The notes under the pieces: generated by a model
Seen by the model: the letters and a program-made list of their open reading frames with translations, nothing else
The model's database searches: none
Told to the model about the DNA's origin: nothing
In this document: positions 22,901 through 36,000 of the stretch, piece after piece
Layout of the letters: each line of letters starts with the position of its first letter
Numbering within the stretch: position 1 is the first letter of the stretch
DNA from: Leptogorgia sarmentosa
Lineage: Eukaryota
Direction of reading: 5' to 3'
Length of the DNA stretch: 64,000 nt
Assembly: GCA_964658305.1 (NCBI GenBank)
Contig: OZ210884.1
Location: forward strand, 8,184,001 to 8,248,000
Program-made: the position numbers and the translations under genes

Positions 22901-25900
22901 GAAAAGGAAAGATTTTTACAAATTAGTCGAGTTTCATAAATTGTGAATCAGACAACCAAGCGATATACAGTCATATCTTAGACGACACAGTTAGATTGAT
23001 CGATTTTTACATCAAATTTAGAAAAAGGTTTATTAAACTAAAAACAAGGCAGATTCCCTTGCAACGTTTTTATATGTTTTTCCACGTGTTATATACCTAT
23101 ATCCTTTTCAACAGTTGAACCAATTTGACCAGATCTGTGAACCTTTCTTACTGTTTCCTGAGCATACAAGAAGAGATTATAAGAGAGCTGGCTTGAGGTA
23201 TTGCCGTTATTACAGTGCTTCTACAATATACAGTGATGCGTACCTGGCAATCTCGAAAAACATAGGCGGGGTCGTACTCGATATTCTTTTGAGAGAAATA
23301 CTACAAAAATAAGATAATATGTTAATATATTCGTTCATCTGATCTAATGGCACTGATAACTATATCAACAAAAACTTGAAGGTGGAAAAATCGCGCTCGG
23401 TAAATACAATCTTATCATCAGCGAAAAGTAATAGCAAAGCCTTATTTAAATACATGTCTTCATGTCAGAAGTGCAGTGAATGGAGTGTACCAATGTCAAT
23501 GTGGCTGGAGAGGGGGTTACGAATTTAAAGGATTTATGAGCGAATTAAACGATTTAAATTTAATACTGGTTCGCAGTCCGGGGTCCACAGGTCAGCCAGT
23601 CCGAGTCAGCGGTATATGCATAGATGTCTGTCGACAAGTTCATTTAAAGAGGATCAATTTACAGTTCTCGGATTATACGTACATTCCAGATAGAACTGTT
23701 GATACTTGATCGTTGTTGATCATTACTTTTCATTTGTCAGCTTTCTACATTCTGTACCCGCTTCATTGAAGAAATGTCGTGCGATTTAAAACTGACCGAT
23801 TTATTAGAGTTATCAAAAGTGTATGCGCCGGAATATAACATGCCAGAACTCCATGACCGAGTATTGGTGTTTGATGTGATGTCAGATGGATGGGAGACAG
23901 ACGCGATTCTCGCAAGCACTGAACAAAGTGACGATTCCGAAAATGCTGACGAAAGTGCTAGTAGCACCATTTCAAATGGGCAACTGAAAGCAGTTCAGAA
24001 TGAAGGCAATGCAGAAGGTGAATCTGATATCGAAACAGAAAATGAGTCACACAGCAAAGCTGGCAATCTGATCGCCTCTGATGAAAACCATCTGTCTGGA
24101 GGTTCTACTACATCTGGGCAAAACCTTGAGAATTCTGAGAAAGGAATCCTTCGACAACACAAGATATTTGTTCACAGCTCATGGCTAGCTGTACAGAGCA
24201 AATATTTCCGGTCTCTGTTTTACTCAGGTATGAAAAAGGTACACCCATTTATTGGCCAGTACACCAGACCTATTTGGGGGGGGGGGGGGGGGCTGATTAT
24301 ATGATCCTCGCTTACCATAATTCTCCGTGTCAATTGAAATTATAAATCGTTTGTTAGCTGATAGAATTTCACAGACAATTTAAAAGTATAGCGTTGACCA
24401 GTGACTCTTGTCTTAAAAGCTGGAATGTATTGACCAGTCCAAATTTATTGCAAATTGCAACAACAGCGATTTTATAAAGTTAATTCGTTATATACAACGC
24501 ATATAAAACAGTCTTGGTGGTGGTGTGGGAATATATAGCGTCGCTTCATATCAAGACCGCAATTTTAGCCACAATTTTCATGTTTTCCATATTTTTGATA
24601 TTTTTCGTCATTATATTTTTTCATTTTTAAACTTTCGTCAATATTTCTTCACTGTTTAAAGGCCAGGTCAGACGAGGATGGGAACTGATGTGACCAGCCA
24701 GTCATGTTCATGATGACTGTTCAAACGCGCACAAATTCTCATCAACTCGTTCGACCATGCCTCTGTGTTCTGTCTTCAAGTTTAGTTTTTAAGTAATATA
24801 GTTTAGTATACCAGCTAGGTTACCTAGCTGTCCTTTCAAATTAAATTCAGATTTCATTTTTCGAAGTACTTGTGAAAAAATTAGGACGTTTTCCTCTAGT
24901 TTCAAAACACGCATCAAATATTCATGTATGTTGCTTCAGATAGATAATTTTTTTGGATTCTGAATCACACAGGTATGAAAGAGTCCAGAAGCAAAGACGT
25001 ACACGTTAAAGTCAGCGAATGTGAAGAGGCAACTCACTTGATGTTATTGGAAGCAATCTATAAAGCAGATATCTTGAACGATGCCACCGTAGACGAATTG
25101 TTAGCTGTGATGGAGCTAGCTGACAAGTACGATGTGAAGTTTGTGTTTAAGAAGTGTAAGTATGTGTTACAAACACGCGTGAACACACTGGATATTTGCA
25201 AGCAAGTGATGCATGTTATCAAAGAGAAGCACAGTTTTGATGATGTCGAAGATCTGGCTGCTACCATGCAAGTTAAAATGGGTGAAGATTTTACACCTTT
25301 GGAAGATCATTGGCAGACTGAGAAATTTACCAGTCAGTCACAACCATATGTGCAATATCTGTTAGCCAGCGGTCATCTCCAGACTCGATGTGAAAATACC
25401 GTATTCCAAGCCTTAATGCACTGGATGGAAGTCAACAATGTTGATCCAGCAAGTCTAGAGAAAGATTCTGGTCTACTGAAATCGGTTCGATTTGAAGAAA
25501 TTACCATTGATTATTTGTATAATGTAGTCAGAGCTCATCCGATAGCAAGCAAAATGCCAGGATTTCAAGATCTCATGCTTCAAGGTATGACGTACCATGC
25601 GCTATCACCTGAACTGAAGCAACTATTGACTGTAGAAATAACACCTCGACAGCGGCAAATGAATAACAGTATTACTCATTACACTTGGACAATTTCAAAA
25701 ACACAACTATTTACCCGTAATTCAACTGACATCGATTCGGAAAAGTTTTGGCTTTGTGGATATAAAGCACACATTCGCTTTAAGTATCATTCAGCAAATA
25801 CCTCTAAGTACATCGTCTATGTATCTTTACATCTCCTGGAGTTGAATGACAAAAGTTATGTCCCCTTGTCTTGGGCACTCAGTGGCGATAACAACAGTTT

Positions 25901-28900
25901 CGCTGTAGGTAGTTACAGTCACAATTTTACTAGCAATTCATCGTCATCGCCAGCTGGTCTTATCTATTTCAATATAGCCAACGTTGGGACAACTACCCCT
26001 ATTAGGATAACTGTTAATAAATTGTAGTATTATATACATGCACTGATGCTTATGTTGGGCCGTAAGCCACACGAGTGTTTGTTAGTCTAAATTTACTAGC
26101 CTTCCTTCTTACTATTTTGATGTCTCAAACACAGGGCATTCAAATGAACATAATAGTTGCTATGTTGATATTAAAGATAATTAGTGTTTGAGAATACTGC
26201 GGCTCTTTCGATTTAGCTGCATATCGAGAAATGAGAAATTCGTACTTTATCATTTTTTTTTAATATAGCTACTGTTTCAAAGTACAGTAGCTTGATGTAT
26301 ACCCCTAGAGTGTATATCAATAACACCATTCGAGTCGAGACATTAGCTATTGGTATGTGCATTGAGGTTTACTACTAGTACAACAGGCTAGGCCAGGCGC
26401 GCGTTTGGCTTGTTGCTCACGTGGGGCAAGGCAAAATTTTTCTGCCGACTGTTTCCAAAAATCTCCGACTGCTCGCGATATTCGTAGAGGAACGTACCTT
26501 TCCCCTACAATATTATTGCGTTTTGGTAAGTTTTAGGCGACTTGAAAATTTTGTGTTCGAGTATTTTGTGTTTTTCGTTACGTGTGGCAAGCCGTCAACC
26601 ATGCCCCACCTCCAACACGCGCCTGGGCTAGGCTATACAGACTGCTACTGGAATAAAGAGTTTTGCATAAGTATAACAGTTAATAATATATAAAAGTATG
26701 TAATATTGCTGAAAGCGAATTCTATTTTATTCATATTTTAATAAATTTATAGTTTTGTTCACGACAACCACATGTAATAAAGTCGTGTTTATATAAAGTC
26801 GTGTTTATATAAAGTCGTGTTTATATAAAGTCGTGTTTATATAAAGTCGTGTTTATATAAAGTCGTGTTTATATAAAGTCGTGTTTATATAAAGTCGTGT
26901 TTATCGACATTGAGTCCCTTTTTTGTTTTGAAACTTTGTTTTATCCATGTGCCAATCAATGTATATATCAATTCTCGTGAAAAACTTCACGCGTCAAGTG
27001 CAATACTTTGTTATCTTTTGTAAGCTGGTTAGTAGTTAACATTCCGCTTGAAATACATCAGCAGCCTTTTCCTGGGGTAGAATAATTCAGACCGCAGCAA
27101 ACTAGGGACTATAAATTCAGCGGTCACTCATAGTCAACAGAACAAGATGGTTATTATACTCGATGAGAATACAATAGATCTCATTCATTCCGTTGTCTTG
27201 GTATGGAAAAATGGTCGCTTCATGATCGCGTGTGTATTGTTGTATACGTATATAATAAGAAAACAATTATTGAATGAGGTCGAGTAGGATATGAGGAATT
27301 ATTAAGGGCGAGGTTGTGTTATTCGTCGAAGCCGAAGGCTGAGGCAAATAACACAAACCGAGGCCTTAATAATTGAGCATATCCTACGATATGCTTTATT
27401 ATTTATTTGTATCTTTATCAGACTTAGGGTAAACGCATTGTACACAAGAACTTTTCTTTGAGAAAGCCATTTGTATTTTTCAGCTTTTGGCATAAGCAAC
27501 ATAAATTAGTCGACGTCATGTCATATAATTTTCAATATACGACATAATTACGTCATAATGTCGTATATGAGGATTTAATGCACTGCTCTTAACCAATCAA
27601 AACTCTTGAATTATTTGAAATAAATAATAATACAAATTCACGTCAGCCAATAGCAGTGTGCTGGTGTGGTTATTCAGTCGTGCCTAAACAGAGGCAGTTA
27701 CTCCCTTGAATGAAACAACATTCGCAATATTTCCGGTTCCGGGGGGTGACTGCCTCTGTTTACTTTAGGGCACTTGTTAAGTGACGAATCATGACGACAA
27801 TCATGATCTTGCATGCAGAAACAAAACAATAGAGATGGACTTTTGGGAGGTGTTTTTCTGTGATGTTGGTATAGCATTTTGTCAGTTAAGAAATCATGTA
27901 TTAAATTCATTTCCAAGGGCAATAGTAAAATTGATTCCTCATGCGAGAATAGTTATAATATCAACCTCGTTCCCAGGGTCTTGATTATAATATTTAATAT
28001 TTAACTCCTAGTCTTTAACTCTTGTTCCTATCAGGCGTTGCGCGCTGGTGTTTTAGGTTCAGAGTTCAAGGTTCGGAAACGAGAACCTTTTTTGAAATAG
28101 CTGTATATACTTTTGATCATACACCTGGTCCATTGTATATATATGGCTGTAAAAACATTTCTGGTAGTTGTGTCAAAGCGTAAAAGAACTTCATGGAAGA
28201 TGTTTTTTCAGGACCGAATGACTGTATTCAAACAGGTGCATTCTTATTACTGTAAATAAACATGAAAAATGGTGCTTTCCTTCAATACCTTGATTATAGA
28301 AAATAATGTCCTACCTCAAAAACATTAGCCATTAGTGTCGCTTCACTGTTTGCAAACAAATCTATCATGTGCCTCATCCGTGGTCGCTCCTAAAGAAGAA
28401 GCTAAAAGCTAGAAGCTAAAAGCTCAAACTTTAAACAAAAACCCACTTAGTAGTGACTGATTTCCACTTTCTACAGTAATAAAAGGCCGGTTTGTTTACA
28501 CTCAACTTTTGCCAAAAACTGTCGCATGCAATGAGCTTACAATTCCAATTGTACAAAAAGTGAAATATTCAATGCCGTATTATATGCTGTTTAGAATTTC
28601 TGTGAAATTTTGGAGTGACTGCTCTAGCGCACATAGGAGCCTATGCTAGTTATTCAGAAATAATTTCTACTGCAGTATATACGTATATAGAAAGGTCGTC
28701 CTTTGCGAATCGGTTTACACTGTATAACTTTTGCTTACAACTCGAATTGTACAATGTAAATTAACCCTACAACTCGCTACGACAATTTGACACAACACGA
28801 AAAAAGTTGTAGCCTTTTGAAAGCATGTATGCGACAGTTGTAAGCAAAAGTTGCATGTACAGTGTAAACCAGCCTTAAGAACAACCCCAGGATTCCATTT

Positions 28901-31900
28901 GAACAACATGCACTGGATTCCGAGTTTCGAAATGAAACACCACTTCAATCATCGTGAAAAAATATTTTCGCCCCATTCTCACATTATTATCCTTGGTTGG
29001 AATTATTTGATCATTTCCGATGTGCGTTCCTCTGTAGAATCGGTGAATGTCTTCTTCGCTTATCTGCTGATGACCTCTGAAAATACAGAACACAGTACTG
29101 GGCAACCTTATATTTTTATGCTTCACGAACTGGGTTTTTCATCAACTGACTCATAATTTTTTTCCATTCACTTTGTGCTGTTTTTAAACAAGCGGGATTA
29201 ACAAAGGGCATTTTCTGCTTTGGACGTAGTTAGAAAGAGCAACATTCCATTAGGACATTGCAGAATAAAAAATTGTCCAAGCCGCCATGCTTTTTTTTCT
29301 AACTGGAACAACAACAATGTTACGATGCTCCTCTATATAGCGTTATTTACAATATCGGTAGGAATGTGGTAGGAATTGCATCGAGCTATTCTTCCACGTC
29401 TACAAATTCATTGACGGTCATCCTTCAAGCATCATGCATGTTGACAATTGTGGGTAACTTTGGTGAAAGTTGTACAAAGTACCCGCACCTAAAACACTTT
29501 CACGAAGTAAAAAAAAATCAAATTTAACATGCAAGTTTACAAATTACAACCAACCTGTAAGCCGTTCCTGGCATAATATTTTGATAGGAATCAATTTTCA
29601 TCATCACTCCCTATGGGAAATGAAATCAAGTAAAACTAACTGTTTTTGTCCTATCATTGAGGGATCATGCATGCCAATACAAGCTGTGGTCGTGGATTAG
29701 TACCCGTCGGATGCTATAGCCTACATATAGTAGGCAACCTCCAGGCTCGGCTGTACCTATCAAAAGCGTTTAGGTTAAACGGTGGATAAAAGCAAAAATT
29801 AAAAACATTCCCATCCATCTTGAAAATAATTTAATTTTATCAACAAAATGTGTAGTTCTTTGCAAAGTTTTGATGTTTAGAGAAAAACTTTTGTTTTGCT
29901 TGGAGTCAATATAGTTCAAAGATTTATTTGATATTTTTTACTCATCCAACGGCCGTTTTAGCTAAACGCCTTTGATACAACCGGCCCCTGCAGTGCTACA
30001 GTAATTTAGGCTAACATAATATGATCCTATACCTTGTTAATGTCAATGTGCAATCCACGTATAACAAATTCAGGATCGTACCGCATTGTTCTAAGCTCTT
30101 GTGGGTACTGAAGATGTTAGAAAAAAGAATTGAAGTAAAACTATCAACGATACGAGCCTCTGTGTTTTATGCATTCTGATCAACTGAGTAAGCCATTAAT
30201 TTCAACTTTAACGAGATGCTATAGCTACATATAGCTTAGTACATACAAACTGTTTGAGAATTTGCTTTGAATTTCAAGTTAACGCGCCAGAGTTAAGTTA
30301 ACCGGCTTTTTGAACAACTGGCACCAGCCGAGTTGAGCCACGTTTCCTGGTAATCAATTGCGCTGGGTAGCAAGAATACTCACGCTGTACTCTTCAATCA
30401 ATTTTTCCAAGGACATCTCATAGATCAGGTTGTTTAATTCATCAGTATAGTGAGCCAAAGTGTAGTCATAATCAAAGCCATACACCGCAATGTCTCGTAG
30501 ACTCAGTTCATTGTTGGCAAATACGGATTTTTCGTCCACCATTTTGTAACACATTTTCTCTGGAACATTTAATATTTTGAGATACAAACCAAATTCTGAT
30601 CAATAATTCATGCAGTTTGGCCCCAGTTAAACGATACCAGATTACCCTCCGGACTCCGGAGCGACATCAAATTTTCTTATTTTGAAGTGGATTTAGCACT
30701 CAAAAGTTAATAATTTGCAATTGTTAAGTTCCTTCGAGTTCACTGACTTTGAATGCTTTCCCGAGAAGGTTGCATTGGTATAATAACATTCTTTTATATA
30801 ACATTGATTTAAGATGCATTTTGATTGGCTAGCTTTGCTTTACTAGCAGTCTATTTGACCAAAACCAAAACAACAAGTTTTGCGAGTCCTTCGGTAAAAT
30901 TTCGCGGAATAAAAGTTCAAGAGGTCTGAATACTTGTACAAGTGCGAGACCAAATTGAAATCACATATAGGTACACGGGGAAGTACTCAGCAAATAATTT
31001 TATTTCTATTGCAAACGATATCGTTGAAATTATAATCCCCTCGTACATTCCGAGCCTCAAATGTTTTAGTTTTTTTATAGCTTCATTTTCGAAGTGTGTG
31101 TTTAATAAACTTTAAATTAAACTTCTCGTACGTTTTTGAGCTTTTCTGAAGTTAATTTTTATTTTGAATATTATTGTCTATATTGAGGTCTATATATCTA
31201 AGTTTGTACTTTATCTGGCAGTTTATACGAAGACAATTATATAGACAACTCGGCTTTGTTGTCTAATTGTTAAAGTATTTTTTAATATGTATACAGTATT
31301 ATTTTAATAGTCCATTCGCTACAAACTGCGGGGGATCTTGTACGTGCAAGGTTACGTGACTGGCAATTATGTCTTTACAAGAATATATTTTTCACATGAT
31401 TTGACCACTTTGAAAGAAGTGCTTTCGAGTAAGATATTATGTAAGTCATCAGGTCATAAAATGAATCATCGTTTATATAAAGTTACCGATTCTTTCGGAT
31501 ATACTGGTGTGCTTTAATTGTATTTAATTGTACAGGCACATCTTTATTTTAAGGCATTTTTAAAAGCTTTAACAGAATCGATGTTAATACATATACTGGC
31601 AGGCTAAATATTACTCGCATCAGTAGCTGGTCATGATAATTTGTCATATCAATTTTGCACTATCCTTTTTGATCTTCGGTTCGAAATAGTTCCTAACGCT
31701 ATGTAATATAGCTGTACATTAAAGAGGAAAGGTGTTTTAAATCTTAGTAAATCGGTTCGAGTACCTCTTAAAACTCACCGTTGAAACTCGCATCTTTTCT
31801 GGATTTGTACACTTCCTGTAGCTTACTTGCAGTGACTTCTTTTACCCAGTTTGATGAGCTGTGTTGTCTTGTTACAGTTTTTTCAAAGACAGAACCTGGT

Positions 31901-31974
31901 TTCACGGTAGAAATAGGCACGTTTTTCAATGTCAACAAAAATCTTAAGCAGCGGCGGTAAATAACTCCCGCCAT
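19936..31974 (-). CDS. NT5DC3: 5'-nucleotidase domain-containing protein (NT5DC2/NT5DC3-like, HAD family)
   Basis: 16 phase-consistent exons: 31974-31779, 30559-30384, 30107-30033, 29610-29555, 29076-28983, 28389-28315, 23300-23244, 23157-23097, 22898-22796, 22457-22356, 21785-21704, 21608-21522, 21302-21249, 21123-21037, 20664-20600, 20146-19936. Motifs [55 protein letters not shown]. Basic N-terminus resembles a mitochondrial transit peptide. NT5DC2 versus NT5DC3 is not resolvable. Confidence 0.93.
21820..22290. repeat. Two tandem copies of a hairpin-bearing dispersed repeat (agtagaatcatact...ctaattgtt)
   Basis: Copy starts at ~21824 and ~22102; internal inverted repeat at ~21990-22090. 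Related sequence at ~30800-31272. Confidence 0.65.
23774..26027 (+). CDS. BTB/POZ-BACK protein with C-terminal MATH-like region, nested in an NT5DC intron
   Basis: Exons 23774-24227 (in-frame acceptor also at 23740) and 24973-26027. DRVLVFDV, an acidic insert, then [35 protein letters not shown] (BTB); [29 protein letters not shown] (BACK); [15 protein letters not shown] (MATH-like). True start codon uncertain. Confidence 0.88.
26394..26625. mobile_element. 232-bp hAT-type MITE
   Basis: TIRs CAGGCGCGCGTTTGG / CCAACACGCGCCTG. Perfect 8-bp TSD GGCTAGGC at 26386-26393 and 26626-26633. Confidence 0.85.
26777..26904. repeat. 16-bp perfect minisatellite (ataaagtcgtgtttat)x8
   Basis: 8 identical tandem copies. 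Confidence 0.95.
27255..27572. repeat. Hairpin-containing dispersed repeat
   Basis: Inverted arms aattattaagggcgaggttgtgttatt / aataacacaaaccgaggccttaataatt around gaagccgaaggct (27297-27375). Element limits approximate. Confidence 0.6.
29742..29990. mobile_element. MITE with GGGGCCGGTTGTATCAAA-type terminus
   Basis: Inverted ends (caaaagcgtttaggttaaacgg / ccgttttagctaaacgcctttgatacaaccggcccctg). Related copies at ~15715-15925 and ~39943-40090. Confidence 0.55.
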
Positions 31975-32089
31975 TGTTGCGTTTTTGAAAAAATGTCAAA
32001 TTGGTCAAATATGGAAATGTTCGGGAGGAGTCGTCCAGAAATCGTCATGTTTCGCACCCACTGAGCTATATGTATTGGATTATTGACTA

Positions 32090-32440
32090 CTTAACTACCC
32101 TCGGTACTAAAACATAGTCCTCATGTTTGGTCAATGTGTTTGGTGCTCGCGGTAGTCAAGAATCGTCACAACCCTCAGTACTAACATTTACCTCGTGCTT
32201 GACAATCGGTAGTCAAACATCAACACAACCCCCAGTGCTATACATTATCCTCGTGCTTGGTGCTAGGTGGTCAAATACGTTATACCCTCAATACTAAATA
32301 TTACCCTCGTGCTTGGTGCTAGGTGGTCAAATACCTCAATACTAAATATTACCCTCGTGCTTGGTGCTCGGTGGTCAGACACTGTCATACACTCAAAATA
32401 AACACTGTCCTCGTGCTTGATGATCGGTGGTTAAACATCG
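32090..32440. repeat. Degenerate ~50-60-bp tandem repeat (..cctcgtgcttggtgctcggtggtcaaa..)
   Basis: About 6 copies immediately upstream of the NT5DC start codon. Confidence 0.75.
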
Positions 32441-33044
32441 ACAAAATCAAACATTAAACATTTGAAGTAAATGGGTATCAAGAATAATTAGAAAGAAACG
32501 AAATTTTAATTGAAAGATTGCAAGAAATTCTTACATGCTTGACTACAAAGTTATTCCAACACAACTCTAACATACAGGACAACCCGAGGATTCACTTTAG
32601 TTGTCTATATTCTCGATTCTAAAATATCTCTCAGACTGTTTCTCATGCAAACTACTCATGCAAATTGCTTCAGTACACATATAGACCACTTACAGGTTCC
32701 GTCACACATCGCGTAGCAACCGTTGGTATCCACCATTTTGAAGGGCAAATGTTGTTTAATTTGTTTTAAACTTTGTGAAATGTCAACAAATGCAATGAGT
32801 TTTTACAGTCCAAAAATGGACATTCGTTCACCATATTTCAACAAAAAAAAACACGTTTAATGTATACTTTTTGTGTACTGTAATTTGCTTTCGGTTTTTT
32901 TTCAACATGGCGGCTAAATTACGTGTGATGTTACGCGCAAGTAGTCTATAATTCTGAAGTTCAAATCCCGAAGATGAACAGACTAACCCAAATTTGTTAT
33001 ACGTATCATGGCTATTTGCTATAGTACTTTAATTCGACAAATTC

Positions 33045-36000
33045 CTATTCCTTGTCCTTGTCCTTTCCTTTCTTGCTAGATTTCGTCGATGGAGGATTCG
33101 GTTGACCGAGCTCGGCGCGGCGAAGACGTTTCTTCATTTCCAGCGGCATTTTCTCGTAACATTTTCTGCACAGAGGCTTCATGTCAAATTCGTGAAATTT
33201 GCTCCTGAAAGTGAAAGGAGTTGATGAAAGAAGGGAAAGTTTTCATCTGCAAATATTCCTTTTTCTTAACATGTCATATAAACAATATTTGTCATTTGTA
33301 ATTTTGTACAGTATAATATGCAGAAATATACAGTGAAACTCCGCTATACTTTCATTTGGCACGAAATAAAAAAAGCTAACGTATTCCTTATAAACGTATC
33401 CCGTTCATACAACCATCCCGTTAACATGACCACCTCGTTAATACGACCAATATAGCCCTGATGTGACATAGTATGAACATGCTTTACATCATGGTAATAC
33501 GGTTTGGTATTTGTAAGAGCCGATCTTGTGCTTATGTTTGGTTGCAAATACCTTAACATCGCCAGAGAGTTGCACGCGAGTTTCACATTGGTCTTTTTGG
33601 TAATTAATTCGGGTTAAAGTAGAGATGAAAACTAACCTTAATGTGAGTTGTGTATCACAACCAAAGCATGTAAAATGATTTTCACACCAAAATTTCTCGA
33701 GCGCATTGACAGCTATAAAAATCAAACAGTATACATAAAATTGCACTACAGTACTCCCATGCTATGCGCATGCACTGTTCACGGTAAAATCAAACAGTAT
33801 ACATAAAATTGCACTACAGTACTCCCATGCTATGCGCATGCACTGTTCACGGTAAAATCAAACAGTATACATAAAATTGCACTACAGTACTCCCATGCTA
33901 TGCGCATGCACTGTTCATGGTAAAATCAAACAGTATACATAAAATTGCACTACAGTACTCCCATGCAATGCGCATGCACTGTTCATGGTAAAACACGGAA
34001 TAAACGTTTCTGTTATATAACTAAACTTTCCATCTGGTAATCGTATTAGTAAAAATCTGGATTTAAAAGCTGCAATCCGCGCGAGTGCTCGTCTCGTTGC
34101 TGGATTCGCGTTCATGCACGTCCACGCGCGAGTAGCCCACGCGAATGTTTCAAGTATTCAGAATATGATGAAAATGCAGCAAAGGTTTGTCTCGCTACCT
34201 AGTAATTACTGTAGTTTGCTTAGCGATGTATGCAAGGAAGGCAATCTGTTTGGTAATGAGGGTAAAACCTCCCCAAATGAAACGTGATTCACGTGGTACA
34301 CACCTTCACCGCCTACAATTCCATGATTACACTTGAAACACACTTCTCCAAACAACTAATAATGTGAAACAATATATCAAATCAATTACGCATCATTTAA
34401 GAATGGTAATGACATTTTCAATTAGGATGACTGAACATACAGTGCTGTCATACTTGGGCAATTTATATCAGACAAAATAAACCGCGACTAACTTATAAGA
34501 CGTGACGTATAAACGGAACTTTACCTCATTATAATGAGTTTCGCAATACGGCAATCCATTCTTCTCGTAGTGAAGATGCCCGTAGAACGGTTTCTCACAC
34601 TTGGCGCAGACAAAATGCTACAAAAGAAAAAGATAAACAAGCGATAATTTATTATTATTCGTGCATCAATAGACACAAAATTTCAAGTCGTTTTAACTTT
34701 GTTCCTCGCCGCAGGTTATTGCAACTGATCACGTTTAATAGCAAGTAGTTACATATAACTGCATGCAATTTAGTCGCCGGTGTAACAACTAACGTTATCC
34801 GCTACGATGCGGACACATTTAGTAAGTGCAGACTGATTTATGAGGTAAAATAAGCGAGAAAAGTTGAAAAGCGTACCTCGACATGCCATTGTTTTCCAAG
34901 AGCATTCACCACTCGCTCTTCAATGGGACGTCTGAAAAAATTATAAAACACTGGATTACAGAACGCACTCCTTTCTCTACTACCGACTTGTCTGCACTCG
35001 ATATGTTTCCAAAACGTCAAAATTAAAAGTCACCGAGGAATACGAATCTACAATCAGGGTAGTATGGCGAAAAGACGGCCTGCAGCATAGCAAGACAATA
35101 ACAAAGAAGCTTACCTGCAAGCTCCACAAATTGGTGTTCCCATAAGATCATGGCATCTCAAGCAATACAGCTCATTGAATCGCTTACGGCAGAGGTGGTC
35201 CAATTCCTTCCTACACAAAAATTCAATGAAATAGTGTTTAGGTCCCAGCTACTGGATACCAACCTAACATGCTTTCCAATCTTCTCTCCTCTTAAAACTT
35301 TTGGTCAATTCTGTTGTAGCAGTTTTGTTCAATTCTGTTGAATTGTCGTAATTTCAAGTGCTGAATCTACCTTGAAATACCAAAATTTGAGCTCGCTATG
35401 GTAGTAATTCGATGTCAAGCAACTTGGGCTTCAGTAAAGCAGTTTGCACATTAGTACCGTGGCGCATTTTACTGTATAGTGTATGTCCAATGTGTAAATA
35501 CGCAACGAACACGAGAATTTAATAACGCTTATCTCCATACGTTCTACCTACCCACAGGAATAACAGTTGTAATGCCATGGATGGACTGGTTCTCCCATAT
35601 ACATGATATGCTCTCCTTCTGGGATATACGTGCTTTGAAAGAAAAATAATCATATTGAACATTCTCTTAATAGAATATTTGTTTCCAGTTTCTATCCTGA
35701 GTGTACGGGTTGCTCGTGGAACGTAACGCGATCTAAAACCGCGCCCTCGATCTAAAACTGGGTAATGCAACGAGTACTGTCCTGGGGGTGATCTGCCTTG
35801 CTCGTGGTGCAGCGCAAGAAATGACTTTTTGACTCAGGCCCACTGAAACGTTTAATAAAATGGTTTGCGCTGATGTTTTTCCACAAGTTGAAAAATTGGT
35901 TAATCATGTTGAAGAACTAATCACATGCATAACACAGTCACCTGAGCAGCAAACACTTACTGGCATTTTCGACACACATATCTTCCAGTACCTTAAACAA

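Noticed and set aside
23476..23709. 77-aa ORF as a possible 5' exon of the BTB gene
   Set aside because: No clear upstream ATG or strong donor; left unresolved and not annotated.
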